DNA of 64,000 nucleotides from positions 30,507-94,506 of IMG/VR virus record IMGVR_UViG_3300047552_001147; one strand, given 5' to 3'. This DNA is from a virus. Below are positions 1 through 8,882 of this stretch, piece after piece (within the stretch, counting starts at the first letter, position 1; every line of letters starts with the position of its first letter). Both the position numbers and the translations under genes were made by a program. The notes under the pieces were generated by a model. That model ran no database searches, had not been told where the DNA came from, and worked only from the letters and a program-made list of their open reading frames with translations.

Positions 1-1
1 G

Positions 2-397
2 TCGACGACGCCGATGGCTGTCAAGCGCATCAGCCCGTGGTGGGCACTGAAAGCTAATCACGCTGAGAACAGCAATCTCAAGATCTTCACGGAGTTTGAG
101 AACAACGGCTCTAGCGCCAGTGCTGGAACATATGACGCTCACCTTACAGCCGATCAGTGGACGCCTGGAGTTGTGTGCGATGGTAGTGGAACACTACTAG
201 GTGATGGCTACCAGTGGATCATGCCGGATGACGGTAGAATCCAGGCCGCCCCGTGGCGCACTGCGCTGCTAGAGTGGCCATATACTGGCACACCGATCAC
301 ATCAAGCATCGTACGAGACAACACCACCAACTCTTCTGATCCGCTGATAACGGATCAAGAAGCTTGGGTCGAGGACGTGTACAACTTCATAGTGTGA
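2..397 (+). CDS. 5'-truncated hypothetical protein (probably virion-associated)
   Basis: Frame is open from the window start; its TGA overlaps the next ATG (TGATG at 395-399). Confidence 0.6.
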   Translation, partial: STTPMAVKRISPWWALKANHAENSNLKIFTEFENNGSSASAGTYDAHLTADQWTPGVVCDGSGTLLGDGYQWIMPDDGRIQAAPWRTALLEWPYTGTPITSSIVRDNTTNSSDPLITDQEAWVEDVYNFIV

Positions 398-1776
398 TGT
401 GGCTCTTACTGCTACTACAAACAATGCTAACACCCTGGGCACCTAACTACGAGTTCCACATACCGGCCAACTCAACGACGACTGGCCTGTCGTGGACACG
501 CGTGACGCCGACGCTGTACGATGATGTCGGTGGGTGGGCATTCACGTTTAAGACGGGTCAGCGTATTCGCGCCCGCCTATTTGACGACGTACTTGTTGGC
601 ACAGAGCCTAATGCGAAGCCGACAGCGTACACTGGTGATCTGACGATTGACACAACAGACGTTGGTAAGGATCACTACGAGCCGGACATCTGCTGGAACC
701 CAACCACCAGAAACATCGCGCTCGCGTGGAACAACCGCCTGGCGCTTCCTGGTGATGCAATGGACGTTCGCTTCAGAGTCATCAATGAGGCGGGCGTTGC
801 ACAAATGTCGCAAGACGCTCTCGCCACTAGAAAGAAGCTAACGTCCCAGTGGCGTCCTATCCTAGAACCGTACGAAGACTCGTGGATCATGAGCTTCACT
901 GGCAATGATAAGGACTCGGCGTTCTTCACAATGATCGACGCCTCAGCACCGTTTGCACTGACGTCTGATTACCCAGCGCAAGCAGTCGATATCAAGATGG
1001 CGCCGGTGATTGGTTCTCACCGACAAATCGATCAGCACGCTATCGCGCTACCTGATGGACGCATCCTGTGTGCGTGGAATCACTTTGAAGGTAAAGGCCG
1101 CGTCCGCTATCGGTTGTTCAACGCCGACTGCACGCCTACCGGTAACTATGTCGAGCTTCCTGCGCAGCTGACATACGGTAAAGATGAGCCGAGACTCGCC
1201 TACAGCAACGGCTTCATCTGGTTGGTGTATCACCACGAGGTTAAGGGTGGAGAGTATTACGGTCTAGACGTTTACGCTACTGTGCTTAGCTACAACAGCA
1301 CGAGCGGCGCGATTTCTGTAGTAAAAGATGAATTTGCTATTCACCCAATCGACCGTCCTGGGTTACAATTAAAACCAGAGATCACCATCGTAGGCAATAA
1401 GGTGATCATCGTATTTGAAGACTATCCAAGCGCTTACGTACCAACAGGATATGGCGCAACACCTTATCCCGTAATGGTTGTGTCAGGCGGGTACTCGCAG
1501 ATTTGCTACAGAATATTCTCGATTGGTGGTGGCGCAAGAACACGCGTACTCCGCCTAGACAATCAGAGCGTATCCAATCCTAGCGGCAGTGTTCCGTATG
1601 CCTTGCGTCCGGACATTGCAGCCAGCGAAGACGGTGCACAGGCTGTAGTGTGTTGGACGCAGACAAATCTAATTCAGACAGCAATCGGTTCTAGACCGAA
1701 TGACATTTACAGCATACAATCAGGCACGCCGACGCGGCTGTATGCTAGAGTACTCGACCTGACAGCCTTACCTTAA
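397..1776 (+). CDS. beta-propeller-like repeat protein with hydrophobic N-terminus
   Basis: ATG 397 coupled to the upstream stop; about 6 repeats of the type P-x-I...[W/F/Y]...R; N-terminus MWLLLLLQ. Confidence 0.6.
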   Translation: MWLLLLLQTMLTPWAPNYEFHIPANSTTTGLSWTRVTPTLYDDVGGWAFTFKTGQRIRARLFDDVLVGTEPNAKPTAYTGDLTIDTTDVGKDHYEPDICWNPTTRNIALAWNNRLALPGDAMDVRFRVINEAGVAQMSQDALATRKKLTSQWRPILEPYEDSWIMSFTGNDKDSAFFTMIDASAPFALTSDYPAQAVDIKMAPVIGSHRQIDQHAIALPDGRILCAWNHFEGKGRVRYRLFNADCTPTGNYVELPAQLTYGKDEPRLAYSNGFIWLVYHHEVKGGEYYGLDVYATVLSYNSTSGAISVVKDEFAIHPIDRPGLQLKPEITIVGNKVIIVFEDYPSAYVPTGYGATPYPVMVVSGGYSQICYRIFSIGGGARTRVLRLDNQSVSNPSGSVPYALRPDIAASEDGAQAVVCWTQTNLIQTAIGSRPNDIYSIQSGTPTRLYARVLDLTALP

Positions 1777-1786
1777 GGAACACAAA

Positions 1787-2032
1787 ATGGCAAATGCAGT
1801 TCTGACAAGACACAGCAGCGGAGATCCCGCACTCGTCATCACACTCCCCGCCGGAGTTAACTTCGCAGAGCATACGCAGCACGCTGTAGAAGCTCTCCGC
1901 ATTCTGAACAATACACCGACTGCCCCGGCATCTTCGTTCTCGACACTAGAGATTGCAGAACAGATGCAGGAAGCTGTTCGCGAAGTAACGTGGCGCGCAG
2001 TTAACGATCATATCGACCTCAATGTTTTTTGA
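1787..2032 (+). CDS. hypothetical protein
   Basis: AAGGAA RBS upstream; fits the operon. Confidence 0.7.
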   Translation: MANAVLTRHSSGDPALVITLPAGVNFAEHTQHAVEALRILNNTPTAPASSFSTLEIAEQMQEAVREVTWRAVNDHIDLNVF

Positions 2033-2201
2033 TGGTTTTATCAAAGAGCTAGTGAAGCTAGCGAAGAACGACAAGGCTCAGCGCATGCAAGCTGCGTTGA
2101 GCCGAGTTGATCGTATGTACAGTAATCGCTCAGCAGCCGACAAAGTAAAAATGAAGAAGCAACGTATCGCCAACATGTCTGGCTTCTTCCGCTTGCGCTA
2201 A
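2022..2201 (+). CDS. 59-aa basic protein with ELVKLA leader (not in ORF track)
   Basis: MFFDGFIKELVKLAKNDK...FRLR; fills the gap before the portal; N-terminus resembles that of 40374-40670. Confidence 0.65.
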   Translation: MFFDGFIKELVKLAKNDKAQRMQAALSRVDRMYSNRSAADKVKMKKQRIANMSGFFRLR

Positions 2202-2211
2202 AGGAACGTAG

Positions 2212-4176
2212 ATGGTACTGACCTCAGAGATGAATCGTCGAACCTCTGGTTCGATGAAGTCATTAAACACCTACCCGAGTCAATTCTTTGACATCAGCTC
2301 GCAGTACATGCCGCCGAGCGTCAAGGAAATGTTCCGGTGGTGTCTTTATCTGTACATGACGCACTCCGAGATCGCTCCGGTGATCAACAAGAAGTGCGCG
2401 TATGTCATTACTGACCTGATTTATGAGTCCGGCGATCCTGAGAAGGACAAGCCGAGTGATAAGGTTGTAGATACTTGGCGAGAGCTGCTGGAACGTATCC
2501 TCAAGATCAGTGAAGAAGAGTACAAGCTTCTCCTGGACTTTGAAGTCTACGGCAACGCCTTCTGCTCATTCTTCTTCCCATTCGAGCGTTACCTCAAGTG
2601 CCCGTCTTGTCAGAACGAGCATCTAGGCCGCGACGTTAAGTGGAAGTATGAGGCCCATGAGTTCCGTGGCGTGTGCGCAGACTGCAACGCGCAGACAGCC
2701 TTCATTCCGCGTGATAAGATTGTCAAGAACCGCCGCCGCATTCGGCTGATTCGCTGGTTCCCTCAGTACATTGACATTCAACATAACCCATTCACGGGCC
2801 AGGCTACGTACATCTACCGCATCCCAACATGGCTCAAGAAGCGTGTAGCGGATGTCACTCAGAATAAAGCACTGGTAGAAGAAACGCCGCTGACGTTCCT
2901 CACTGCTATCAAGCAGAAGAAGAACATTCAGTTCGATCCAGACAACTTCTATCACATGAAGAACCCCTCTGTATCTACAGAGGACGATTCGTTTGGTATT
3001 CCCCCGCTGCTATGCGTGTTCAAAGACGCTTGGCTGTTCCAGACATATCGTAGAGCGCAGGAGGCGATCGCAATTGATCACATCCTCCCGATGACTCTAC
3101 TAATCCCCACACCACCGTCTGGTAACGTCAGCCCCCACATGAGCACTAACCTTGCTGAGTGGGCGAGCCGCATGCAGGTTATGATCAGTAAGTGGCGCCG
3201 CGACCCGAACGCCATCTTCACTGTTCCATTCGCAGCCACAGTTGAGAACATTCGTGGCGATGCTAAGGCTCTCGGTGTGCAAGCTGAGATGGAGCAGATT
3301 CGACAGCAGATTTGTGGTGGTCTAGACGTGCCGCAGGAGTTCATCTACGGTGGACTTAACTGGAGCGGAAGCTCTATCTCGCTGCGCGTACTTGAGAACC
3401 TATTCCTCGCCCGCATTTCTCAGCTCGATAACTTCTTGCGCGACTTCGTTGTCCCGTCGATGCAGCGCTTCTGCAGCCTACCGAAGATCGTTGTTCGCCA
3501 CACCGACTTCAAGATGGCTGATGACGTGCAGCAGAAACAGCTGGCGATGAACCTGCGTCAAACGAACACGATCTCTGATCGTACTACTATTGAAGAACTC
3601 GGCTTCGACTACGAGCGCGAAATGAAGCGCCGTAAGGACGAAGAAGATGGTCGCGTTAACCAAATGAAGAAGCAGGCCCAGGCTCAAGCAGAGTCTCAAG
3701 GCCAGCAGATGATTATTCAGGCTAAGTACCAGGCTTTGGCCCAGATTGCTGGACAGAAGGCGGCGCAGGAAGCTGCGATGGCCGCTGCCAACAATAACCC
3801 AATGACTGAACAGATGCCACCCAATATGACAATGCCGGGACAAGGAGCTGAACAAGGTGGTAAGCCAGGTGGCGCAAAGCCGGCTGGTGGAAGCGCTCCC
3901 GCTAAGCAAAGTGGGTCCGGTAGTAGCGGATCAAAAGGCGCACCGCAATCACAACCTCAGGAGATCTCTCCTGTGATGATGGACTCGGTCGTCAATAATT
4001 TCTTGAAGGGTATCCCTGACGATCAGAAAGAGTCTGAGTTGATGGCCATGCGCAAGACTAACCCCTCGCTCGCGGTTCAGATTCAGAAGCGTATGAAGCT
4101 TATCGATAAGCAGTCGAAGGATACTAAGCCATTACCCGAACAAAAACCGCCCAGAAGAAAGAACAGCCCAGTATGA
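2212..4176 (+). CDS. portal protein with Zn-ribbon insertion
   Basis: LDFEVYGNAF, FGIPPL and GLDVPQEFI...NWSGS are portal-type motifs; CPSC...CADC insertion; Q/G-rich tail. Confidence 0.75.
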   Translation: MVLTSEMNRRTSGSMKSLNTYPSQFFDISSQYMPPSVKEMFRWCLYLYMTHSEIAPVINKKCAYVITDLIYESGDPEKDKPSDKVVDTWRELLERILKISEEEYKLLLDFEVYGNAFCSFFFPFERYLKCPSCQNEHLGRDVKWKYEAHEFRGVCADCNAQTAFIPRDKIVKNRRRIRLIRWFPQYIDIQHNPFTGQATYIYRIPTWLKKRVADVTQNKALVEETPLTFLTAIKQKKNIQFDPDNFYHMKNPSVSTEDDSFGIPPLLCVFKDAWLFQTYRRAQEAIAIDHILPMTLLIPTPPSGNVSPHMSTNLAEWASRMQVMISKWRRDPNAIFTVPFAATVENIRGDAKALGVQAEMEQIRQQICGGLDVPQEFIYGGLNWSGSSISLRVLENLFLARISQLDNFLRDFVVPSMQRFCSLPKIVVRHTDFKMADDVQQKQLAMNLRQTNTISDRTTIEELGFDYEREMKRRKDEEDGRVNQMKKQAQAQAESQGQQMIIQAKYQALAQIAGQKAAQEAAMAAANNNPMTEQMPPNMTMPGQGAEQGGKPGGAKPAGGSAPAKQSGSGSSGSKGAPQSQPQEISPVMMDSVVNNFLKGIPDDQKESELMAMRKTNPSLAVQIQKRMKLIDKQSKDTKPLPEQKPPRRKNSPV

Positions 4177-4340
4177 GTCGCGACCCTGATGTATATGATG
4201 TGAAGCGCGAACTGGCGGTATTGAAGAATACGCTGGCAAACGTTAGATCCGATCTGATCGATATTGGCGACAGCATTAAGAAGAACAAAACAGAACCGCC
4301 TAAAGTTGCAGCTAAAAAGTCTGCGGTGAAGCGGAACTAA
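4173..4340 (+). CDS. 55-aa hypothetical protein (not in ORF track)
   Basis: ATGA overlap with the portal stop; MSRDPDVYDVKRELAVLKN...; ends just before a terminator. Confidence 0.65.
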   Translation: MSRDPDVYDVKRELAVLKNTLANVRSDLIDIGDSIKKNKTEPPKVAAKKSAVKRN

Positions 4341-4347
4341 AAAACAA

Positions 4348-4367
4348 GGGGGAGCGAAAGCTCCCCC
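4348..4367. terminator. intrinsic terminator between convergent genes
   Basis: GGGGGAGC-GAAA-GCTCCCCC; U-tract on the minus strand. Confidence 0.85.
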
Positions 4368-4373
4368 GAGTTG

Positions 4374-4838
4374 TTAGTTGAGGACGGGCTCACTGCTGTG
4401 GGCCGGCCTGCTGATGCCGTTGTAGTATCCGGCGATCATTCCCGCGAACTTGTCACGCCGGCTTGACGTCTTCTCGTCCGCGATGCCGCCCGTGATGTAC
4501 TCAAGCGATATGCTGATCGCCAGCATCTTCTTGAGTTCCGAGAACAGCTCGACGAGATTGGCTTCAGCGAACAGTGCGATCTCCCTGCCGACCTCGATAG
4601 AGATCTCGTCCTTGAAGACCTTGGTGACGTCATCGGACATGCTGGGAAGCTCCGCCACGAGATCATTCACGGTCGCCAGCGGGCAGCCGATGTAGTCTTC
4701 CGGCTTCACCATCATGATCAGGAAGTGCGTGTGGCCGGGATTTTCGTCGCACTTCTTGTTGAAGTGAGCCATCACGGCTCCGGCCGTGTACACGATGAGA
4801 GCCGTCGCGTCGTTACGAATCTTCTGAGAAATGTTCAT
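4374..4838 (-). CDS. stand-alone hypothetical early protein
   Basis: AAGGAG RBS; has its own promoter motif and terminator. Confidence 0.8.
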   Translation of the reverse strand: MNISQKIRNDATALIVYTAGAVMAHFNKKCDENPGHTHFLIMMVKPEDYIGCPLATVNDLVAELPSMSDDVTKVFKDEISIEVGREIALFAEANLVELFSELKKMLAISISLEYITGGIADEKTSSRRDKFAGMIAGYYNGISRPAHSSEPVLN

Positions 4839-4864
4839 CTATGTCTCCTTGTAGATGTGAGAAA

Positions 4865-4895
4865 ACTCATGGAGCAGTATTCCTACTCCATGAGT
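4865..4895 (-). terminator. terminator-like hairpin ending the 4916-10069 cluster
   Basis: Minus strand ACTCATGGAGTAG-GAATA-CTGCTCCATGAGT, 13-bp stem with one G-U, followed by a short T run. Confidence 0.6.
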
Positions 4896-4903
4896 CTTAT
4901 GCC
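4894..4903 (-). promoter_or_regulatory. putative phage promoter motif GGCATAAGAC
   Basis: One of 4 intergenic copies heading leftward units. Confidence 0.7.
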
Positions 4904-4915
4904 ACTTCAAGGGAG

Positions 4916-5434
4916 CTATTTTGCCTTCTTAGCTACGATCTTCTGGTAGTTTTCCCAGCCGACTTCCTTGGCTGTGAAGCAGTGCTTGATGACAGCCTCG
5001 AACATGGTCGCCGACGCGCGCTTGCCAGAAGCACGATCGATCCACTCAAGGAACTCTTCCGCAGCCACATTCTCGGCGCGGATCTTACCTTTCTTCTCTT
5101 CATCAGCCGTGAAGATCGGATCAGCATCCGGGTGACCTTCTAGCCACTCCAAACCCTTTGCGAACATGTTGCGGCAGGTCTGCTCATATGCTCCGCCGTA
5201 TCCTGAGATCTCGTCCATCTCTGGTGTGAAGACGTATTTGGTTCTGACCTGCTGGACATCAGGAATATCCACACTCAAGTCAGGACCATATACGTCATCA
5301 GCATCCATGACAATCTTCTTGACGCATGTCAAGCATGTCGGGATAGACTCTCCCTTCACTACAGCTGTGACACCATCAATACCTTCCACGAAAGACTTAC
5401 CGCAATCACAGACTTGGTTTCTTACTCCTGACAC
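4916..5434 (-). CDS. hypothetical protein
   Basis: ORF in a coupled leftward cluster; N-terminal CxC...CxxC. Confidence 0.7.
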   Translation of the reverse strand: MSGVRNQVCDCGKSFVEGIDGVTAVVKGESIPTCLTCVKKIVMDADDVYGPDLSVDIPDVQQVRTKYVFTPEMDEISGYGGAYEQTCRNMFAKGLEWLEGHPDADPIFTADEEKKGKIRAENVAAEEFLEWIDRASGKRASATMFEAVIKHCFTAKEVGWENYQKIVAKKAK

Positions 5435-5898
5435 TGTCTTCTTATCTCCTCGATTAGTTCTGCTAGTGAGTTAACCTGTCGGGCGCCGAAGAATTCAGCA
5501 GTGATGTCCACGTTGCCCTTCTTCCAGAATCCTTCTGGGCAACATAGTATAACACTGCTAGACTTGCGAGCGAGTGTAATGCCGAGCTCCATCATCGAGA
5601 TTGGCGATGTTGTGGCAGGATCGAAGTAGAACGCGACGATATCTGCTTGCTCTGCCAGGTGGGTAAGCTCCCAAGTGACCTGCTCTACGAATCGCTTATC
5701 TGTCCTATCCTGCCGCCAAGATGAGTCCCAATCCGGTCTTCTAGGATTGAAGATCATCAGGCCAGCAACATCAGCAAGAGCAGCAACTACTTTAGATTGC
5801 CACGGCTCTGCGTTGCCCATAGCAATGCTGCCAGCGAGGAATAGTGTCTTTTTGGCCTTCCACCACTCTGCGTAGTGCGGGGCAGTAACTTCTTTCAT
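5422..5898 (-). CDS. nucleoside 2-deoxyribosyltransferase-like protein
   Basis: LFLAGSI...WQ, IFNPRR.DW, QV.WE...L, FYF.P.T.SPIS..ELG motifs. Confidence 0.85.
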   Translation of the reverse strand: MKEVTAPHYAEWWKAKKTLFLAGSIAMGNAEPWQSKVVAALADVAGLMIFNPRRPDWDSSWRQDRTDKRFVEQVTWELTHLAEQADIVAFYFDPATTSPISMMELGITLARKSSSVILCCPEGFWKKGNVDITAEFFGARQVNSLAELIEEIRRQCQE

Positions 5899-6203
5899 TT
5901 TACTCCTAAGAGGTTCTCAACATCTACCAACGCATATCGAAGATTCTGGTAATCTGCTTCACTTTGATTGAAGTCCTGATAGCGGAATTTATCACACATT
6001 TTCACTAGGATCTTGGTGCGGGCACGTAGTTCCCGCTCCTTGTCAAACTCTTCCCAACTGAGTGATGGACCGTATGATCCTGCGCGGCAAGAACATGGTC
6101 GTGTTTTAGGCGGGCCATATAACCCGACACCAATGACCTCTCCGTCCTCTCTAGGTAGTGTGACGATACCGGTGTTATCACACACTAGGCATTTGTGCCC
6201 CAT
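5895..6203 (-). CDS. small Zn-finger hypothetical protein
   Basis: CLVCDNTG...PCSC; ATGA coupling. Confidence 0.7.
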   Translation of the reverse strand: MGHKCLVCDNTGIVTLPREDGEVIGVGLYGPPKTRPCSCRAGSYGPSLSWEEFDKERELRARTKILVKMCDKFRYQDFNQSEADYQNLRYALVDVENLLGVK

Positions 6204-6204
6204 A

Positions 6205-6549
6205 TTATTCCTTGGTTAGTAGCCCGTTTAGTAGTTCATGTGCGCGAGCGGGATCACGCTCTTGAATCTCCCGCGCCCCTCGCTGCACAAACAAGTTCAT
6301 AGTATCAGTTCGTGCTGACTTGTCTACTAGCTTGATGATCGATATCGCTGCCAATATGGAAGCTGTATCTAGTTTTGGCAGCTCAAGCTTTTGAAGGATC
6401 TGATCTCCTAGGCTGAAGTTGCACTCAGCCCATGTAGAGTCTAGGGCGCCAAGCAGCTGATCCATCGCTGCGAATGGTCGGCCATCCGCGAACTTGCGGT
6501 AGATGTCCGCAACAATGTCCTCAGCTAACAGATCACTGTATTCGTTCAT
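6205..6549 (-). CDS. hypothetical protein
   Basis: Start reassigned to the ATGA-coupled ATG at 6549. Confidence 0.65.
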   Translation of the reverse strand: MNEYSDLLAEDIVADIYRKFADGRPFAAMDQLLGALDSTWAECNFSLGDQILQKLELPKLDTASILAAISIIKLVDKSARTDTMNLFVQRGAREIQERDPARAHELLNGLLTKE

Positions 6550-6836
6550 AGTTGGAAGTCTTTCATTGCGTTCGCTATCCATGTTTCTTTATTTGGGTGG
6601 GTCTGTTTGAATAAGATGTGGTTGCCAATTGTGTGGGCAGCGGCTGCGTCCCAGCACTCCCGCAACATCCTGTTGACGGCCACCTGAACGGCGGCGCTTA
6701 TTTTACGCTCTTCCGGTGTCCGAGGATCGTGCTCTGCACAGTACAGTCTTCCATTGTACCGTATAGTGCCGGGATTCCTGCACTGGATGGAGGTGGCGCT
6801 GTAATCAAGCTTACAACAGAAATCGATTTTGTTCAT
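6546..6836 (-). CDS. hypothetical protein
   Basis: Coupled ORF; C...C...CAEH. Confidence 0.65.
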   Translation of the reverse strand: MNKIDFCCKLDYSATSIQCRNPGTIRYNGRLYCAEHDPRTPEERKISAAVQVAVNRMLRECWDAAAAHTIGNHILFKQTHPNKETWIANAMKDFQL

Positions 6837-7102
6837 TATACATCCTTTCCTTGTTCAAGGGCGCGGAGCTTGTCCTCCGCTGTATGCCACGCCCTGCTGA
6901 GGTAGTAAATATCTTGTCCCGTGTGGTCGACAGTCTCTATTGCTGCCTGCATAGCGCGTCTGGCCTTATGCGTCCTGATTGCTGCGTTGATGACCAGATC
7001 GGCCCTATCCAGATCCTCTGCCTCCTGCACGCTCAGGCTGGACAAGCGGCGATAGTAGGTGCGGGTCAATGCCACGGCTTCCTCAAACGTCATCGGCTTC
7101 AT
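6836..7102 (-). CDS. hypothetical protein
   Basis: GGAGG RBS and ATGA-coupled start MKPMTF. Confidence 0.65.
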   Translation of the reverse strand: MKPMTFEEAVALTRTYYRRLSSLSVQEAEDLDRADLVINAAIRTHKARRAMQAAIETVDHTGQDIYYLSRAWHTAEDKLRALEQGKDV

Positions 7103-7431
7103 GCGTCCTCCCCGCGTTCGAGGGCGCGAAGCTTCGCCAGCGACTCGAAGCACGCCTCAACACGCAGCAACCGCTCAGGTCTGTCCCCGCCCTCGTAATC
7201 GTCGAGGTAGCACCGCGCCTCATGCGCCTCTACCGCCGCGTCAACGATGGCGCGGGCGCGTTCCTTTGCTCTGTATTTGCCCTCTCGTTTCTTCTTCATC
7301 AAGGCCTCAGCCTGCTCGCGCGATATACCAGCTGGCGTAACAATGAAAACGTGCATACAGTACTTAGGATTTCGGTCAATTTCCACAGCCGTGCGTAAGT
7401 CCATCGGCGGGTGCTTCGGTTTGTCAGCCAC
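7099..7431 (-). CDS. hypothetical protein
   Basis: Coupled ORF; start uncertain (GTG 7431 or ATG 7404). Confidence 0.55.
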   Translation of the reverse strand: MADKPKHPPMDLRTAVEIDRNPKYCMHVFIVTPAGISREQAEALMKKKREGKYRAKERARAIVDAAVEAHEARCYLDDYEGGDRPERLLRVEACFESLAKLRALERGEDA

Positions 7432-7792
7432 TGGAAGACTTCTTTCTAGCTGCCTGTGCCGCCAAGTGAAGCTCCTTGAGGTTCGCTCCGTGATTCGCGT
7501 CATCGCCAGTTCCCCAGCAACGGTCGCACTCTGCATCGGTCATTGCTGATCCACCAACGCCTCCGAAGTATGTTGCCGTGCTAGAGTACGCGCGCCTTCC
7601 TGTTCCGGTGCAGACGCGGCACGGGTATTCACCAATTCCGCGCAAGTCCCAGAAGCGGTTCCAGAACTCGGCCTCGGGGTGGCCCTTTCCGAGTAGTTCG
7701 TCGCGGGTCAACATTGCTTTGCTGTTTGTCATACGATCACCGTCCCAGTAAACAGTCCTAAGACTACGGCTAAAAGCATAATCGTCCACCAA
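7424..7792 (-). CDS. DnaJ-type CxxCxGxG Zn-finger protein
   Basis: CRVCTGTG and CDRCWGTG; start uncertain. Confidence 0.65.
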   Translation of the reverse strand: MVDDYAFSRSLRTVYWDGDRMTNSKAMLTRDELLGKGHPEAEFWNRFWDLRGIGEYPCRVCTGTGRRAYSSTATYFGGVGGSAMTDAECDRCWGTGDDANHGANLKELHLAAQAARKKSSSG

Positions 7793-7798
7793 TCCAAT

Positions 7799-7990
7799 TC
7801 AGGGTCCTGTCGTTCCTTCATCGTCTTCCTCCTCTTCTCTACCGTATAGCGACCATTGCGCTATCTTCCGCAGAGCGCCGGTTAGTTCTACACAACCCAT
7901 TCCGCACACCGGGCAATTATCAGCCGCTCTAAATCGCTCACAATCGAAGCACCACTTGTAGTGCTGGTACTTAGGACCAGTGCTTGTCAT
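7799..7990 (-). CDS. small Zn-ribbon protein
   Basis: CFDC...CPVCG. Confidence 0.65.
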   Translation of the reverse strand: MTSTGPKYQHYKWCFDCERFRAADNCPVCGMGCVELTGALRKIAQWSLYGREEEEDDEGTTGP

Positions 7991-8153
7991 CGACGGCCTT
8001 CGTCAGTTTCTTGAGTAGGGTCTCCGCATGTTCCATTTCATTGGACGCGCGGTTACCCCACTCTATTTGACCTATTCTGACCTTAATTGTGCGAAGAAGC
8101 CACGAGGCCTGTTCGTCAGTCAATGATAGTGTAATCGGCTGGTCTTTGCTCAT
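7971..8153 (-). CDS. hypothetical protein
   Basis: GGAGG upstream of MSKDQP. Confidence 0.6.
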   Translation of the reverse strand: MSKDQPITLSLTDEQASWLLRTIKVRIGQIEWGNRASNEMEHAETLLKKLTKAVDDKHWS

Positions 8154-8155
8154 TA

Positions 8156-8359
8156 TCAGTCGTCCTCCTGTAAGTCGCACACGCCAGAGTCATCCACCCG
8201 TGTTTTATCCAACCAGGTGAAGTACTCATTTGTGTACTTCGTTGGCCGGTCCTTCAAAAGATTGCAGTGTCTCGTATCGCTCCACTGATCAGAATCGGTT
8301 ACGCTGTGCTTACAGGATGCGCATGTCTTCAAAACACGGTAGTTGTTCTTCCCAATCAT
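8156..8359 (-). CDS. small Cys-containing hypothetical protein
   Basis: CASCKH...C...C; ATGA coupling. Confidence 0.65.
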   Translation of the reverse strand: MIGKNNYRVLKTCASCKHSVTDSDQWSDTRHCNLLKDRPTKYTNEYFTWLDKTRVDDSGVCDLQEDD

Positions 8360-8658
8360 TGTTTTACCTTCTGGATTGTTTCAAGAAGATCCTGTGCTGT
8401 ACAACCTATGCACCAATGAGATTGTTCATTAGGGTAGCTTTCACGACAATCAGGGAGAGTATTGTGTAGCCCGATGTCACACTTAAACTGGCTGACGCGA
8501 ATCACCAATTGCTGGAGGTTTTGCTTTTGCTTCCGCAACTGCGCTACTTCTTTACCAGTCTCCGCCAACATATCTAGGGCCTCATGATATCGCCGCTCTT
8601 GCCATACGGGATTACATCGCCGCAGGAAAGAGCCGATTCTCCACCATAGCTTCTTCAT
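8356..8658 (-). CDS. hypothetical protein
   Basis: GGAGG RBS, ATGA coupling. Confidence 0.65.
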   Translation of the reverse strand: MKKLWWRIGSFLRRCNPVWQERRYHEALDMLAETGKEVAQLRKQKQNLQQLVIRVSQFKCDIGLHNTLPDCRESYPNEQSHWCIGCTAQDLLETIQKVKQ

Positions 8659-8882
8659 GTACCCTCCTTAGCTTGCTGAGCCAGTGCAAACTGCCAACTG
8701 CTTGTAGCGGTTAGCAGCTTATTGCGGGCGCTCAGGTATTCCGGTACATCACCACGCATAAAGGCACGTTGATACTCGTCCGCCGCCTTCACCACGCCCT
8801 CGGCGGCGAGGCGGACGGCGTCGTCTAGCTTGCGAAGTTCAGAGCGGTCGTACTCCTCGCGATCGTAATCGTAGTAGCTCAC
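8655..8882 (-). CDS. hypothetical protein
   Basis: GTGA coupling. Confidence 0.65.
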   Translation of the reverse strand: MSYYDYDREEYDRSELRKLDDAVRLAAEGVVKAADEYQRAFMRGDVPEYLSARNKLLTATSSWQFALAQQAKEGT

